Shown here piece by piece: positions 26,341-39,751 of a stretch of DNA of 64,000 bases; the first letter of the stretch is position 1; every line of letters starts with the position of its first letter. Source of the stretch: Octopus sinensis (lineage: Eukaryota); NCBI RefSeq assembly GCF_006345805.1, contig NC_043022.1, forward strand, positions 15,934,001 to 15,998,000, written 5' to 3'. The translations under genes and the position numbers were made by a program. Below the pieces are notes generated by a model. The model saw only the letters and a program-made list of their open reading frames with translations. It did not search any database and was not told the DNA's origin.

Positions 26341-27851
26341 TGGCTGGACAAGTCTTTCCAAGTATTTTAAGGGTTCACGAAAAGTTGCTTTAGGTGTGTT
26401 CATTGCAAGAAACGGCTGGGTTTCCTTCTCTTATGCTTCACATAGTTCTTCATGCTTCCAGCCACGAAAACCTGTTACAAATCTACACGAGTGAACATGG
26501 GAAAGAAGTATCTATAAAACAAGTTTTTTAAACATCGAATGGATATGAGGGTCCACCAGAAAGGGGTCCATAGGTAAAAAGAAATGGTTGACAACGATTG
26601 CATTGGAGACTCTCTCTCGTTGGTTCATTTCTGTTGAGGGTTAATTAAAACTACAGACCTTTATTCATTAATTCTAATTAATATTAACAAACATACTGGT
26701 TTTCAACATATAATTAAAACATCGTTAATATTGTACTGGATGGATAACTGGATTGATAGAATAAACAGTGAAATACCTGGAGGTGTTTGGTGTCGTTCTG
26801 AGTTCAAATCCCACCCAGTTTCAGATTTTCCCTTCACCCTTCTGAGATAGATTACATACTGGGAGTGGTGGGTGTTGATGTAATTGACTATACTCTGGTG
26901 CCCCAGCATGGCCATAGTGCAGTGACTGAGAACACTAAAAACAGGAGCCCAAGAATTTGTGGTGTACATGATATGTGATCTGGTTGAAAGAGCTGAGCAC
27001 CAGACTAAGTACTTTGCTACTAGAGTACAGGGTACCGTATGATACCGTATTTCTCAGTCTGTGCTGAAGACTCCTGTTTCATTTGAAATTCTTAACCTTT
27101 GGTAAAGCGAAGAATGTTGCAACTTCATCTTTCTCCATTTCTAAAACTCCTCATGTTTCAGGCTTATCTCTCAATAAACTGGTGCTGCTGCTGCTACTAC
27201 GGAAGGGGCAGAGTGTCGCTAAGTGTGCTGAATCATGTATTTAGTTTCATTCCTCTTTGTTAAAATCCTGCCAGTGTTAATGGAAATAGGTACCAGTAAT
27301 ATATTTGGGTTGACCTTTACTACCAAAACAAAGTGCTGGCGTGAACTAATTGTTTGTCCCACACAGAGATATTTGCACGGATTTCACAAAAGTTTTTTCC
27401 AGTTGTTTTAATCGTAGATCTGCTCCGATCAAGCAAACCCATGATAGGCAGTCAGGTAGGCCCTTACTCGTTGATGTGTATCCACTTCTACCAGCTAAGA
27501 AGGCATTCCACTAGACTTAACCAAGTGCCACCCTGTTGAATAATTTACCTTCAAATGGATCAGTACAACTAACGAGATTTCATCTAAAATTCTGTGAGGG
27601 AATCTTAAAAACCACTTGCAGCTCTTCTTTGTCATCTCTTTTGCAAAGTTCTTCATCCTGAGTTCAATTTCTACCAATTCTGTCCATTTCTTCCCCTTCC
27701 TCTGTTACCATCCAAAGGATTTCCTCACGCCTCCTTACCTGTCAGCATCCATATGTTCTTCATCTTCTTCCCTACATCTGATGCCTTTTACACCCAGTTT
27801 CTCTCTCAGGTTAGCTTGAATCCTTATTGATACCAAATATATTGTATCTTT

Positions 27852-28084
27852 AAGGCGGCGAGCTGGCAGAAACGTTAGCACGCCAGGCGAAATGCGTAGC
27901 CATATGTCGTCTGCCGCTACGTTCTGAGTTCAAATTCTGTCGAGGTTGACTTTGTCTTTCAATCTTTCGGGGTCAATAAATTAAGTACCAGTTACGCACT
28001 GGGGTCGATGTAATCGACTTAATCCCTTTGTCTGTCCTTGTTTGTCCCCTCTGTGTTTAGACCTCTGTGGGCAATAAAGAAATA
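27852..28084 (+). mobile_element. SINE family B
   Basis: Full unit from head to the TAAAGAAATA tail. Confidence 0.85.
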
Positions 28085-29494
28085 ATATATATTGTATCTT
28101 TTTAAACTTTTTGTTGCCATATTTCTTTGAATTAATTTTGAAAATAATGAAGAATTTAGTAAAATAATCTTGTCATTATTAAGCTGGTATTTAGAACAGA
28201 TTAACATGGAATTTTGATTTAAATCACTTTGACCCTTTTCTTACCACATTTCTGTTGTCCAACACTGCTTTTGTTTTGATTAGTTTCGGAAATAATGAAG
28301 AATTTAGGAAAGTATGTCTGTCGTTATTGGAGCATCACCGAACCAGAAGTGGTCTCAGATGGGTTGATATCTTCAAAATGGTTAAATTCTCTTGTATAGA
28401 CTTTTTAAACCTTATTTCAGAAATCTTTTGCCGTATTAATTTTCCCTTCAAATATCCATATAAATCAGCGAAAGTTATGGAAGCACCATAGAGGAGTGTC
28501 TGTCATTTGTTGTTGCTGTTTTTAGCTCCTGGTCAGTACACAGAACTGGCAGACATATATATGACCAAAAGCATTCCAACTGTGACCATCCTACCTCTTT
28601 GATTTTCAGGCATTGTATAATCTATTTATGATTACAAGGTAATCTTAAGGTAGTAATAGGTGGGTTGAAGGAGGTTTGGCTGTTATTTCTAGGAGATGAG
28701 GCAGCCTTGTAGTGTTCATTTGAAATTTTTCTGTCTGTAAGTATTTCTATCACCAGTACCCTTTGTGATACGGAAGTTGGGGGTACTCTCCAGCACATCT
28801 GAACATCCTATGGAGGATTTCTCTACCAGGATGATAAGATTTTGTTGATCTAGTGAAGGAGCCTCCATATGGTTGCTTGGCTTGCAAGAAATAGCAGCCA
28901 TCTCTTCATCATCTTCAAAAACAGAATTACACATTAGATTATATAGTCCCAGATACACTATGACTAAAAGAGAGAGAGAGAGAGAGAGAGATGATCACAG
29001 TTGGAATACTTTTGATCATAGTTGAGTTCAGCCAAGGTTGACCTGGGGCTAAATGAAGGAATCTGTTTAAATTAGACCCCTTCCTCACTCCGAATCACTT
29101 GACACAAACTCCAGCTGGGAGTTGATTAAATCTATTTCCATCAATTCATCTAATCTCAGCTGGAAATAGTGATATTGGTATCTCTTATTCATCTTACAAA
29201 CCCTTAGGGGCAAAGCATCTCTCTCTCTTTGACGTTCATTGGATGGCAAACACATACACTCCCCCATCCCCCCCTTTTTTTCCTTTTTTTTGTTTTAGCG
29301 GTGTAGGGGTTTGTCTTCGTCTTCGTCATCCAGGATGTTCCTTGCTGGCATGGGTTGGATGATTTGACAGGATCCAATGCGTCCAAGGATTGCACCAAGT
29401 TCCAGTGTCTGCCGGGCACAGTTTTTATGGCTGGATACCCTCAGTAATGTCAATGTGTCATTAATTGGCATCTGAGATCTAGGGTCTATACTCT

Positions 29495-29900
29495 TTTTCT
29501 CTTTTACTTGTTTCAGTCATTTGACTGCGGCCATGCTGGAGCACCGCCTTTAGTCGATCAAATCAACCCCGGGACTTATTCTTTTTGTAAGCCCAGTACT
29601 TATTCTATCGGTCTCTTTTGCCAAACCGCTAAGTGACGGGGACGTAAACACACCAGCATAGGTTGTCAAGCAATGCTAGGGGGACAAACACATACACACA
29701 CACACACACTCATATATATATATATACATATATACGACGAGCTTCTTTCAGTTTCCGTCTACCAAATCCACTCACAAGGTATTGGTTGGCCCGAGGCTAT
29801 AGCAGAAGACACTTGCCCAAGATGCCACACAGTGGGGACTGAACCCGGAACCATGTGGTTGGTTAGCAAGCTACTTACCACACAGCCACTCCTGCGCCCT
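29495..29900 (-). mobile_element. SINE family A, full-length copy
   Basis: Reverse complement of the consensus, ending CACTCCTGCGCC. Confidence 0.88.
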
Positions 29901-30936
29901 ATTTTAATAATTTTTATTTTATTTTTTTATTTTAGCAACCTGATTTAGATAAGTAGATATATTGTTGAGAGCTTGCTATACTGCAGGATTTGAGTGTCAA
30001 AGAATGCAGAAATGGATAAGAAGCGGATGTCCAGCAGCCGTGATGGCATTGCTCAATACATATTTTCTTGTTTCTTTTGAGTTTTCTTACTTGCAAAATA
30101 CTCACTGGGAGAAAATCTGTTGTTGTCGATAGAGTTGAACTGAGATTGAAAACTAACTGGTGTTGCAATTTGCCAGCAAGCTGAATAAAAATTCGTTGTT
30201 ATTGACAGAAGCAGTGTTAGTTCAAAATAGCAATCTGTGCATCGTATTTAAAGCAGATACATTGTTGAAAGCCTGATAAACGGTGGTATTCATCTTGAGA
30301 AACCCTGTCTCCAGTTCACCTGTGGGAATGGATCAAACCTGTTCCAGCTATGAGCACTTTTTGTATCCTGTTCAGATTCTTCCACTGTATCCCATCTCTT
30401 TTTAAAATGATAGGTTGGACTTTGAGGGAGCTTTAGCTGCTATTTCTAGCAAGTTGACTATGTACAATAATAGTTTAAAAGTTCATCCTATGTAAGTAGT
30501 TGCTCTGCACTGTGTGTGTGTGTTATTCTTTAACAAGAATCTTGTTGACAGTAACTTTGAAGTTTCAGCCAGCAGAAAACCATCATTGGACTGGGCAAGA
30601 CTTCACAGTCACTGTCAATACTATTCTTGTTGGGGAATAATGAATTTGTTCTCTACCAAACATATTGAATAATCTTTCAGTTTAATGTAAAAATTGTTTT
30701 TATTATGTGATAAAAACAAACACACACACACACACATATATATATATAAATCCCAGCTTGCAGACACAGTTTTGTTGAAAGTGAATCTGTTGTTCCTAGT
30801 CTCACTTCTCTGTTGAATTCAAACCACCCCTTTTTTTTAGTTTTGTTTTTTTGCTATGTGTTTAAGAAATATATATATTATGGTCTGCTTTGATTTTTCA
30901 ACATCAGCCAATGAAGTTATCAGTAAATGTATATTG

Positions 30937-30974
<38 letters not shown>

Positions 30975-31620
30975 GTATTGTGTATGACCTGATTAAGTCA
31001 ACTTTGATATAGAGTTCTTTAGGTGAGAGACTACAGTAGCATGGCAGATATTGATTTCTGACATTGGCACAAGGCCACCCACCATGACAAATATCAGCAA
31101 AGTCATCTCTCCTCCTCTGCAAATCGTGCCTCCAGATTTTACTCACTCCATTGTTCCACTGTGTGTGTGTGTGTGTTAGGCTCATTGTGTGTAACTGTGA
31201 TGGCAACAACCACATGCTCTTGGAAATCATAGAATATTCCAATTGTTTACTAGACAAGGTGTTCCGGTGGTGGTTGATATCCTTCACTGTTTTGTCAGCT
31301 CATAAAATGTTTGTAGCTTGTGGCTAGCAATAGTCTTTTTACTCTGTTCACTAAAGCAACTAGGCAACTGGAATGGGATTTGTTTTCCAACAATGCAAAA
31401 AATGCCATTGCTACACACACACACACAGACAGGGGTGCATATGTGGTAAGAAGCTTGCTTCCTAACTACATGGTTCCAGGTTCAGTCCCACTGTGTGGAA
31501 CCTTGAGGCAAGTGCTCTCTACTATAGTACCAGACTGACCAAACCCATGCAAGTGGATTTGGTAGGTGGACCAAACCCATGCAAGTGGATTTGGTAGGTG
31601 GAAACTGAAAGAATCCCCCT

Positions 31621-31667
<47 letters not shown>

Positions 31668-33314
31668 ATGTATATGTGGGTGTGTTGTTGTTTCCTTTCC
31701 TTGTCTTCCCATGATAGTTGCAAGCGAGACTCCCTGTTACACAACTGGTATCCTTTGTTTCCAATCTTCCGTGAAAACATGTTTGGTCGTGGAGGATATA
31801 TTACCTCACCTGCAAACAGGTGAGGGTTGGTGATGAGGAAGGCATCTGACTACACAAAACCCACCTCAACAAATTCCATCCAACCCATGGCAGCATGGAA
31901 AAGCAGATGTTAAAATACTGATAATCAGGTGATGGCTCTTTGCATTCTGAGTTCAAATGATACTGAGGACCAATAAAGTATGCACCTGATATTGTTTCTC
32001 CTTAGGTTAACCTTTATTGTGCAAGATTATGTGGGAAGCACTGCAGTTGTGATCATTCCATCTTTTTTACAGTATCTTGGGGAGATTTAGCTGCTATTTT
32101 TAACAGTTCAGTCAGTTGCATAGAGCAGTGGATTCTCCACCTTTTTTAATATCCACTGGCACTGGTGCCAGTTTGCGCAACAACGGTATCTGCCACATTC
32201 AATGTTTTTGAAACAAATGTTCTTTTGTCTGATGAGAAAGAAGACATTCAGAGCCAGCTGCTTATCATTTATCTTTTCCTTGTTTCAGTGATTAGACCAA
32301 GGCCATGCTGGGGCACAACCTTGAAGGATTGTTAGTTGAATGAATCGACCCTGGTGCTTATTATACTTTAAGCCTGGCACTTATTCTATCAGTTTCCTTT
32401 GCTGAACCACTAAGTTACAAGGACATATATATATACACACACACACACAGCGGTTCTCAAGCTGGGATAAACACAAGACTGAAACACACATGCATATGAT
32501 GAGCTCCTTTCAGCTTCCATTTACCAAGTCCACTTATAAGGCTTTGATTGGCCCAAGGTTATAGTAGAAGACAATTGCTCCACAGTGTCATGCAGTGGGA
32601 CTGAACTCAGACCATGTGGTTGGGAAGTAAACTTCTTACCATGCCTGCTAGATGTCTGTGTGTATGTTGTGTATATATATATATATACACACACACACAC
32701 GTACTATATATTGAATATGAATGAGGAAGTTCTCCCTGGACAGGTGAGCAGCCTTGTTGTGATCAGTCAGTACTGAACCCCAGTCTGCACTGGGTTTGGT
32801 TCCTCTTTGACAGCAGCAACACTCACCATTTCCACAGCTATTCAGCGTTTCCGTTATGGCTACAGTGCAGCATTGATAGTCTCGTACTAACAACAAACAC
32901 CACCAGTCACTTGTATTGACTCCAGTGTTTAGTGATTGTTCAGATAGGGCAGATCTGTGTGTCTGTGTGTAAATTGTTAAATACTTTATGGATTGCTTTT
33001 GACAAGGCACTGTGCCAACTTTACTTCAGCAGAAACAAATGGTAATTGGTGATGGTCTGCATTGGCATCAATTAGTCAATAGGAGAGGAGTCTGATTGGT
33101 TTATTTGTTGTGAAGAATATAGATTCTTAACACTTTGGTCTTTGTCTGAGAGGAAGAAATTGTGTTGCCCCATTTAGGCCTGGGCTAAAATCAAATCGGT
33201 CATCATCATCATCGTCATCGTTTTAATCCTTTGGATACCAACCTGCCTGATATTGCCCCTTGGTTCAATTATAGAAATTCTCTTGTTTTTGAAGTGATCT
33301 AAAATTAAATGTTC

Positions 33315-33502
33315 CAGTGTCATCCTGGTGGCACATAAAAGCATCCATTACACTCTCGGAGTGGTTGGCATTAGGAAGGGCATCCAGCCATAGGAAACCA
33401 TGCCAAATCAGACTGGAGTCTGGTGCAGCCTTCCAGTATGCCAGCCCTGGTCAAACAGTCCAACCCATGCCAGCATGGACAACGGACATTAAATGATGAT
33501 GA
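33315..33502 (+). mobile_element. Family C retroposon 3' part
   Basis: GGAAGGGCATCCAGC..CCAACCCATGCCAGCATGG..ATGATGATG. Confidence 0.78.
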
Positions 33503-34454
33503 AACACCATTTTGTGGAGAGGGAGACAGTCGATTACATCAACCCCAGTACATAACTGGTACTTCTTTTATCAGCCTCGAAAGGCAGAGTTGACTTGAGC
33601 AGAATTTGAACTTGGAACCTGAAAGACAGATGAAAGGTTGCTTAGCATTTTGCCCGATGTGTTTACAATTTTGCCACCTTAACCATTTTAATGATGGTTT
33701 CAAATTTCGGTACAAGGCCAGCATGCTTGGAAAAGGGGGTAAGTCAGTTACATTGACCCCGGTGATCAACTGGTTCCCATTTTATCAACCCTGAAAGGAT
33801 AAGGTGGCCTTGGTGGAATTTGAACTCAGAATGCAAAGAAGACAAGTGAAGCAGCACAAAGCATTTTGTCTGGCCTGGTTGCAATTCTGTCAGCTCACCG
33901 TCTTTAACGATCTTAATAACGACTTTTATTTTACTAAATTCTTTATTATTTTCAAAATTAATTGAAACAAAGCTTTTTTTTTTTTCATCAGAAATGTTGG
34001 TAACGAAAGGATTATTGTCCCTCGTGTGTGGAGGGTCAGGGGCTGCATTGTACTCCAGTATCTGTAGTAGTTTGTGTTTCAGTTATCGGCACTTAGTATT
34101 TTAACCCTGAAAGGGTGAAAAGCAAAATCACTGGCTCTCCTAGATTTGAACTCATAACCGTCTGGTTAGCAACATGATCACTTAACTCTGTAACCATTTT
34201 GTATCATAACGGGGGTGGGTACGGTTGTGTGGTTAAGAAGTCCATTTTGTAATCACATGGTTTTGGGTTCAGTCCCATTACTCAGCACCCTGGTTAAACT
34301 TACTATAGCCCTGCATTGACAATTCCTTATGGACTGGGTTTCCTTCATTGTGTGTCTGTGTGTCTTGTGTTTACATTCTGTGTTTATGCTATTAAAGGCA
34401 TTGTTTCACATCTTGTGGACCTTCCTGCCTTTGATGTGTGTGTGTGTGTGTGTG

Positions 34455-34672
34455 TGAGCTGGTAGAAACGTTAGCACGCCGGGCGAAATGCGTAGCCGTA
34501 TTTCGTCTGTTGTTACGTTCCGAGTTCAAATTCCGCCGAGGTCGACTTTGCCTTTTATCCTTTCGGGGTTGATAAATTAAGTACCAGTTATGCACTGGGG
34601 TCGATATAATAGACTTTTGTCTGTCCTTGTTTGTCCCCTCTGTGTTTAGCCCCTTGTGGGTAGTAAAGAAAT
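34455..34672 (+). mobile_element. SINE family B
   Basis: Full unit with a slightly eroded head. Confidence 0.85.
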
Positions 34673-35395
34673 ATATATATTGTATATGAGTAAGGAAGTC
34701 CTCCATGGACAGGTGAGCAGCCTTATTGAGACCGTGATCAGTACTGGTTTTTTTCATCAGGTGAGGGAGTATTCATTGTTGTTGTCTTTGAAAGCACAGT
34801 CTCCCCCCCCCCCAGATGGTCTGCTGACCGGAAAATGTCAACGGATGTCGGTGTTTCTAACTGATCCAGAATGTAAACCTGAAGATGACTGACTCAACGA
34901 TGGTCATACATGGGAAGGAATAATTATGAGTGGACAGTTGAGATTTCAATCTGAATTACAAGAGTAGAATCAGAGTTGTTATGAAGTAGCAGCTTTTGTT
35001 ATGGGTTAGCTCTGATCAAATGGTAGTCCACCTGTGACCATCTTGTCTTTTCCTTATGCCTCAGACCTGCATGATTCAAAGTGTCCTTCCTTTTTTGAGT
35101 TGTGGGGATGGGATTTGGTTCATATTTCTAGCAGGCTTAACTCTGTATGTATCGGTTCCTTTCATTTGACCTCTCACTTTCTCCACACTGTGGGAGCAAG
35201 GTGGCCAAACTGGAGGTGGGTGGCTGACTCTGGACATTTGTAATGTGAGGTTTTGGTTTGACCATCTTTGAGATGTGATATATTTAACTTTGAGGGGGGG
35301 GGCGAGTGTGTGGACAGGAGCAGAAAGTTCAAGAGGAGACTGTTCAGTTAGAAAATTACTATTTTTAAATCTCAGAACATGAGATATTCAGTAAC

Positions 35396-35786
35396 AGGCG
35401 CAGGAGTGGCTGTGTGGTAAGTAGCTTGCTAACCAACCACATGGTTCCGGGTTCAGTCCCACTGCGTGGCACCTTGGGCAAGTGTCTTCTGCTATAGCCC
35501 CGGGCCGACCAATGCCTTGTGAGTGGATTTGGTAGACGGAAACTGAAAGAAGCCTGTCGTATATATGTATATATATATATGTTTGTGTGTCTGTGTTTGT
35601 CCCCCTAGCATTGCTTGACAACCGATGCTGGTGTGTTTACGTCCCTGTCACTTAGCGGTTCGGCAAAAGAGACTGATAGAATAAGTACTGGGCTTACAAA
35701 GAATAAGTCCCGGGGTCGATTTGCTCGACTAAAAGCGGTGCTCCAGCATGGCCGCAGTCAAATGACTGAAACAAGTAAAAGAGTAA
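35396..35786 (+). mobile_element. SINE family A, full-length young copy
   Basis: Complete. AGTAAC occurs on both flanks (candidate TSD overlapping the tail). Confidence 0.9.
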
Positions 35787-36302
35787 CAGTACTTTGGAGT
35801 AAAGATTGTTTGCCACCATAACATGGCAGTCCTGGTTTAGGACGAATTGAGACTGTTTCAGATCCAGAGTTGCATTGGATGAGATTATTTTATTGATTTA
35901 ACTTGTTGCTTTGTCAAATTAAATTCCATTATGATACAACAGCTTTAAATATTTAACGGAATAATAGAGGGAAGTTGAATTGAGATTTTCCCTGTTTGAA
36001 TATGTGGAAGGACTAAATTGTGTCAGAAATTTAGTCTCCAAGTGTAGATCAGACATGCACAATAGTTTTCAAGTATTTGGGCTACACAAGATAAGGTTCT
36101 TCATTTAGTGGGCTGCACTAGTAGAAGAAATTCCAGCTCATTTTTTGTTAGGTGTGCCATTCAGAAAGTGCCACGGGCCACTGTTTGCCCATGCTTGGTC
36201 TAGAGTCTTAACAGAATTTAGTTTTGGAGTCATATATTTCTTCAGTGATTGCGTGATCTGAAATCACGCATTGAAGGAAATGAATGAAGTCATCCTAATT
36301 AC

Positions 36303-36533
36303 TTAATCCGTCAGCATTCACTTTACTCTTCTGTCAAATATAATCCTTATTCATTCACATTATTTTGGATTAATCATGGATTATCTCATAGCTCTCAGAT
36401 CATGATGATGTAATTCTATATTTCTAGAATGACATTTTTGGGTAGGTGCGAGAAGCCGGATCTGGCCTGTTGGAACACAAGACAGGTAGAATATTTCGAC
36501 CAGATATGGTCAGTTTAAATGCTGAAAGGTTAA
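36303..36533. mobile_element. TTAA MITE family 2, sharing a TTAA with the family 1 copy
   Basis: TTAATCCGTCAGCATTC..TTTAAATGCTGAAAGGTTAA; the body is homologous to the copies at 52623 and 54197. Confidence 0.7.
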
Positions 36534-36757
36534 CCCTTTCGTTACCAACCCAGCTGAAACCGGCTCTGGCTCTAAGTACAAATGTCTTGTTTCTATAAGT
36601 TCTGAATTAAAATCTTCCACCAAACCTTAGTCACAATTTTTGTTCCTAACACTAGCTTAATGATAACCAAGTTATTTTAGTAAAGTCTTTGTAATATTGA
36701 AAGTAATTGAAAGAAACACAGAGCATCTCAACAGAAATACAGTAACGAAAGGGTTAA
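36530..36757. mobile_element. TTAA-flanked MITE family 1 (piggyBac-type termini)
   Basis: TTAA-CCCTTTCGTTAC ... GTAACGAAAGGG-TTAA: a perfect 12-bp TIR with TTAA on both sides. Confidence 0.85.
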
Positions 36758-36840
36758 ATCACATGTATATTTGGGATATTGTTTTGGTGGTATTGTTGTT
36801 GTCAAAAATGTTGTGCATCAATGACCTGTCCAGTGTCTCT

Positions 36841-36847
36841 AATAATG

Positions 36848-36891
<44 letters not shown>
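36841..36891. repeat. (AAT)n microsatellite
   Basis: Direct reading. Confidence 0.9.
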
Positions 36892-36892
<1 letters not shown>

Positions 36893-38891
36893 TTTTATTT
36901 TCAAAACAACATGACATTAATGTATACAATATGTGTAATGTTTAAAATAATTGCAATGTGGTGTGTGTGTGTGAGGTTTGTTTTTCCAGCTCTTCACCTA
37001 ACCTTTGACTATTATTGCTTGTAGCTGTTGTGTTGTATAAACATGGCCACCCGGGTGTTTGGGCACCAGATGGTCACCATAGAGCTGATCCTGTAATTCT
37101 AAATAACGGTTTCAGATACAGGGAGGCATAAAACTCTAGGATTTTTTGTGGCAGGATTGTAGTTAATAGAATCAACGTGAGTTCGTTGTTGGGACTTGTT
37201 CTGTTGAACTCTCCCCCAGAAGGAATGGGCAAAGCTCTTTGCCCTTTTTTTTTTACCAAAATGGGACAGGATTAATTAATTCTCTCTCATTTTGGCACGA
37301 GGGGACAAAATGCGAAAGAATTAAATAATTCTTTCTCATTTTGAGAGGAGGGGGAAGTTGTTTACATCAACCCCCTGTACTTGGCCAGAAAACAATGAAA
37401 GGCAGAGTTGACCTCGGCAAGACCTGACCGGTGTAAAGTGCCAGAAGAAATGCTGCCGAGCATTTTGTCCAACATAGTAATGCTTCGACCAGCTCACCAC
37501 CACCCCGTTGTAGTAGTAGTAGTTATAATGATAATGGTTTCAAATTTTAGCACAAGGCCAGCAATTTTGGGAGAGCGGGTGAGTCGATGTGATGCTTATT
37601 TTGTTGACTCTGAAGGATGAAAGAGAAAATCAACATAGACAAAAGTGGGACAAAATGCCCCCTAAACATTTTGTCTGGCATCTGAACAATTCCGCCACCT
37701 CACTTCCTTGATGATGATGATGATGATGATGAGTATCATTATTGGATTATTTCGGTATAGGTGCAACATTTGTGCTATTTCTAGGAATAATTATAATTCA
37801 AAAAACAAGAGGGAGCAATATGGAGAAACACCAATCGTGTATAGAATCCCTTTTGATAATGAAGGTACCTTGAGGTGGTCCTCTGATCTGCTAGAAATAG
37901 CAGCCAAATTACTCTTAACAGTCTAAAAGTAAAAAAAGGAAAGGGCTCGTTGTGGTAAGTCTAGATGACACAGGTCGAATAAAAGATGATATTGTTGTGG
38001 TTGAAAACATCTTTGATTTACAACCGGGTAATTAGCAATGAAAATTTATTATTATTATTAAAGTTCATTGCAACCCATGAAGGTAACATACCTGATGTAC
38101 ACACTTGCTATACTTACAGGTTTTCACCTGCTCACAATTTTTTTTTAATTTCTCTTGATTGTTAAAATTTCAATTATCTTGATGCTGGCTGAGATTTGTT
38201 GGTTTAACAAAAGAAAAAACGTTTCTAAAGGCGGTGCTCCAGCATGGCCGCAGTCAAATGACTGAAACGAATTGAAGAAAAAAAAAAAAATCTATATATA
38301 TATATGTATATGTGAAGGCATGTGGTTTAGTGATTAAGGATGTTGCACTCATGATCACTAGATTGTGGGTTCAATTCCCAGGCTCGCTGCATACTGTGTC
38401 CTTGAGCAAATCACTTCATTTCACATTGCTCCAGTCCGCTCAGCTGTAAACGGGTCACCCTATGACAGACTAGCTTTCCAATCAGGGGGGAATGTTGGCC
38501 TGCTTGCCTAGCCAGCAAGGTAGCATCATTTGAAAGTTAAAACAAAGTGCATTGTGACCAGCGATGTATATACACGGTCCATCCATGTGGTTTATAGGTT
38601 CAATCCCACCATGTGACACTTTGAGCAGGTGTCTTGTACTGTGGCCACAGGCTGACCAAAGCACTGTGATTGGATTTAGTAGGTGGAAACTGAAAGAAGC
38701 CCTTGTTTGAGTGTGTGTGTGCGTCTTGGCATTGTGATAGTTGTAAACAGGTGCCCGTGTCAGGCAAAAGATGCATTACTTGTTTGCAGTGTTGTGTGAG
38801 ACTTGGGGTCAAAGGGAAATTGGTTGATGGCAGGAAGATCTGACCATTAGAGAAAATTTGACCCATGCAAACAGACATTTATTAATGGATA

Positions 38892-39109
38892 TTAACCCTT
38901 TTGATACCAAACTGACTGAAACCGCCTCAGACTCTGTAGCTCAAATGTCTTGCTTTCATAAGTTTTGAATTAAAACCTTAGTCACAATTTATGTCCCTAA
39001 CACTAGCTTAATGGTAACTAAGTTATTTTACTAAATTCTTTGTTATGTTTAAAATTAATTGAAAGAAACACAGAGCATCTCAAAATAAATAGGGTAACGA
39101 AAGGGTTAA
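38892..39109. mobile_element. TTAA MITE family 1
   Basis: TTAACCCTTTTGATACC..GGTAACGAAAGGGTTAA. Confidence 0.82.
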
Positions 39110-39751
39110 ATGATGACGATATATAAACATTTTGTATTTTTCCCTTATAATCTGTTCAATTTTTTTATTTCTTTTATTCTGATTGTTTTTTTTTTTCTTC
39201 TCTTTTTCCTTCTAGAACATCCTGCAGAATGTGATTTCCAGGTGGGAACTGCAGCTCATCTTGAACCAGAGTTTGTAATGGACATTCCTTAAAAAGAACT
39301 AAATCTACTCAACAAGAGGACAGTTCGTCAACCGATCTGCCTGATTTACCAAACACAGAATTTTCCCATGTAACGTGGTTCCTTATTCTTTGGCAACTTG
39401 CCCCCCCAAATTGTTCTAGGACTTCTTCTGGTTTTAAACTATTTTTCTTGGCTTCCCTTTAAGATAAGAGCTTAAAACTCTGAATTCAGATTTTCATTTG
39501 AGTCTGGTCTTCCATATAGCAGCAGCAGCAGTAGTCGTAGTATTAGCAAGCCAGAGACGACCACCACCACCACCCACAACAACAATTATGTGAAGCAAAT
39601 AAACACAACTAATGGTTCATTAACGATATTTGCAATGTGCCACCAGACACGAGTTTTTATGTATTTATAAGAATTCGTCTGTTTTTTCTTTTTTTTTTTT
39701 CAATTTCCTGTCAGCTCAGTTTGTTGTTTTGGTTTAAGACATCATCTCACC

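Noticed and set aside
31540-31603. 31-bp direct repeat as a CRISPR-like unit
   Set aside because: It is two adjacent copies without a spacer inside a SINE, i.e. a local tandem duplication. There is no CRISPR array in the window.
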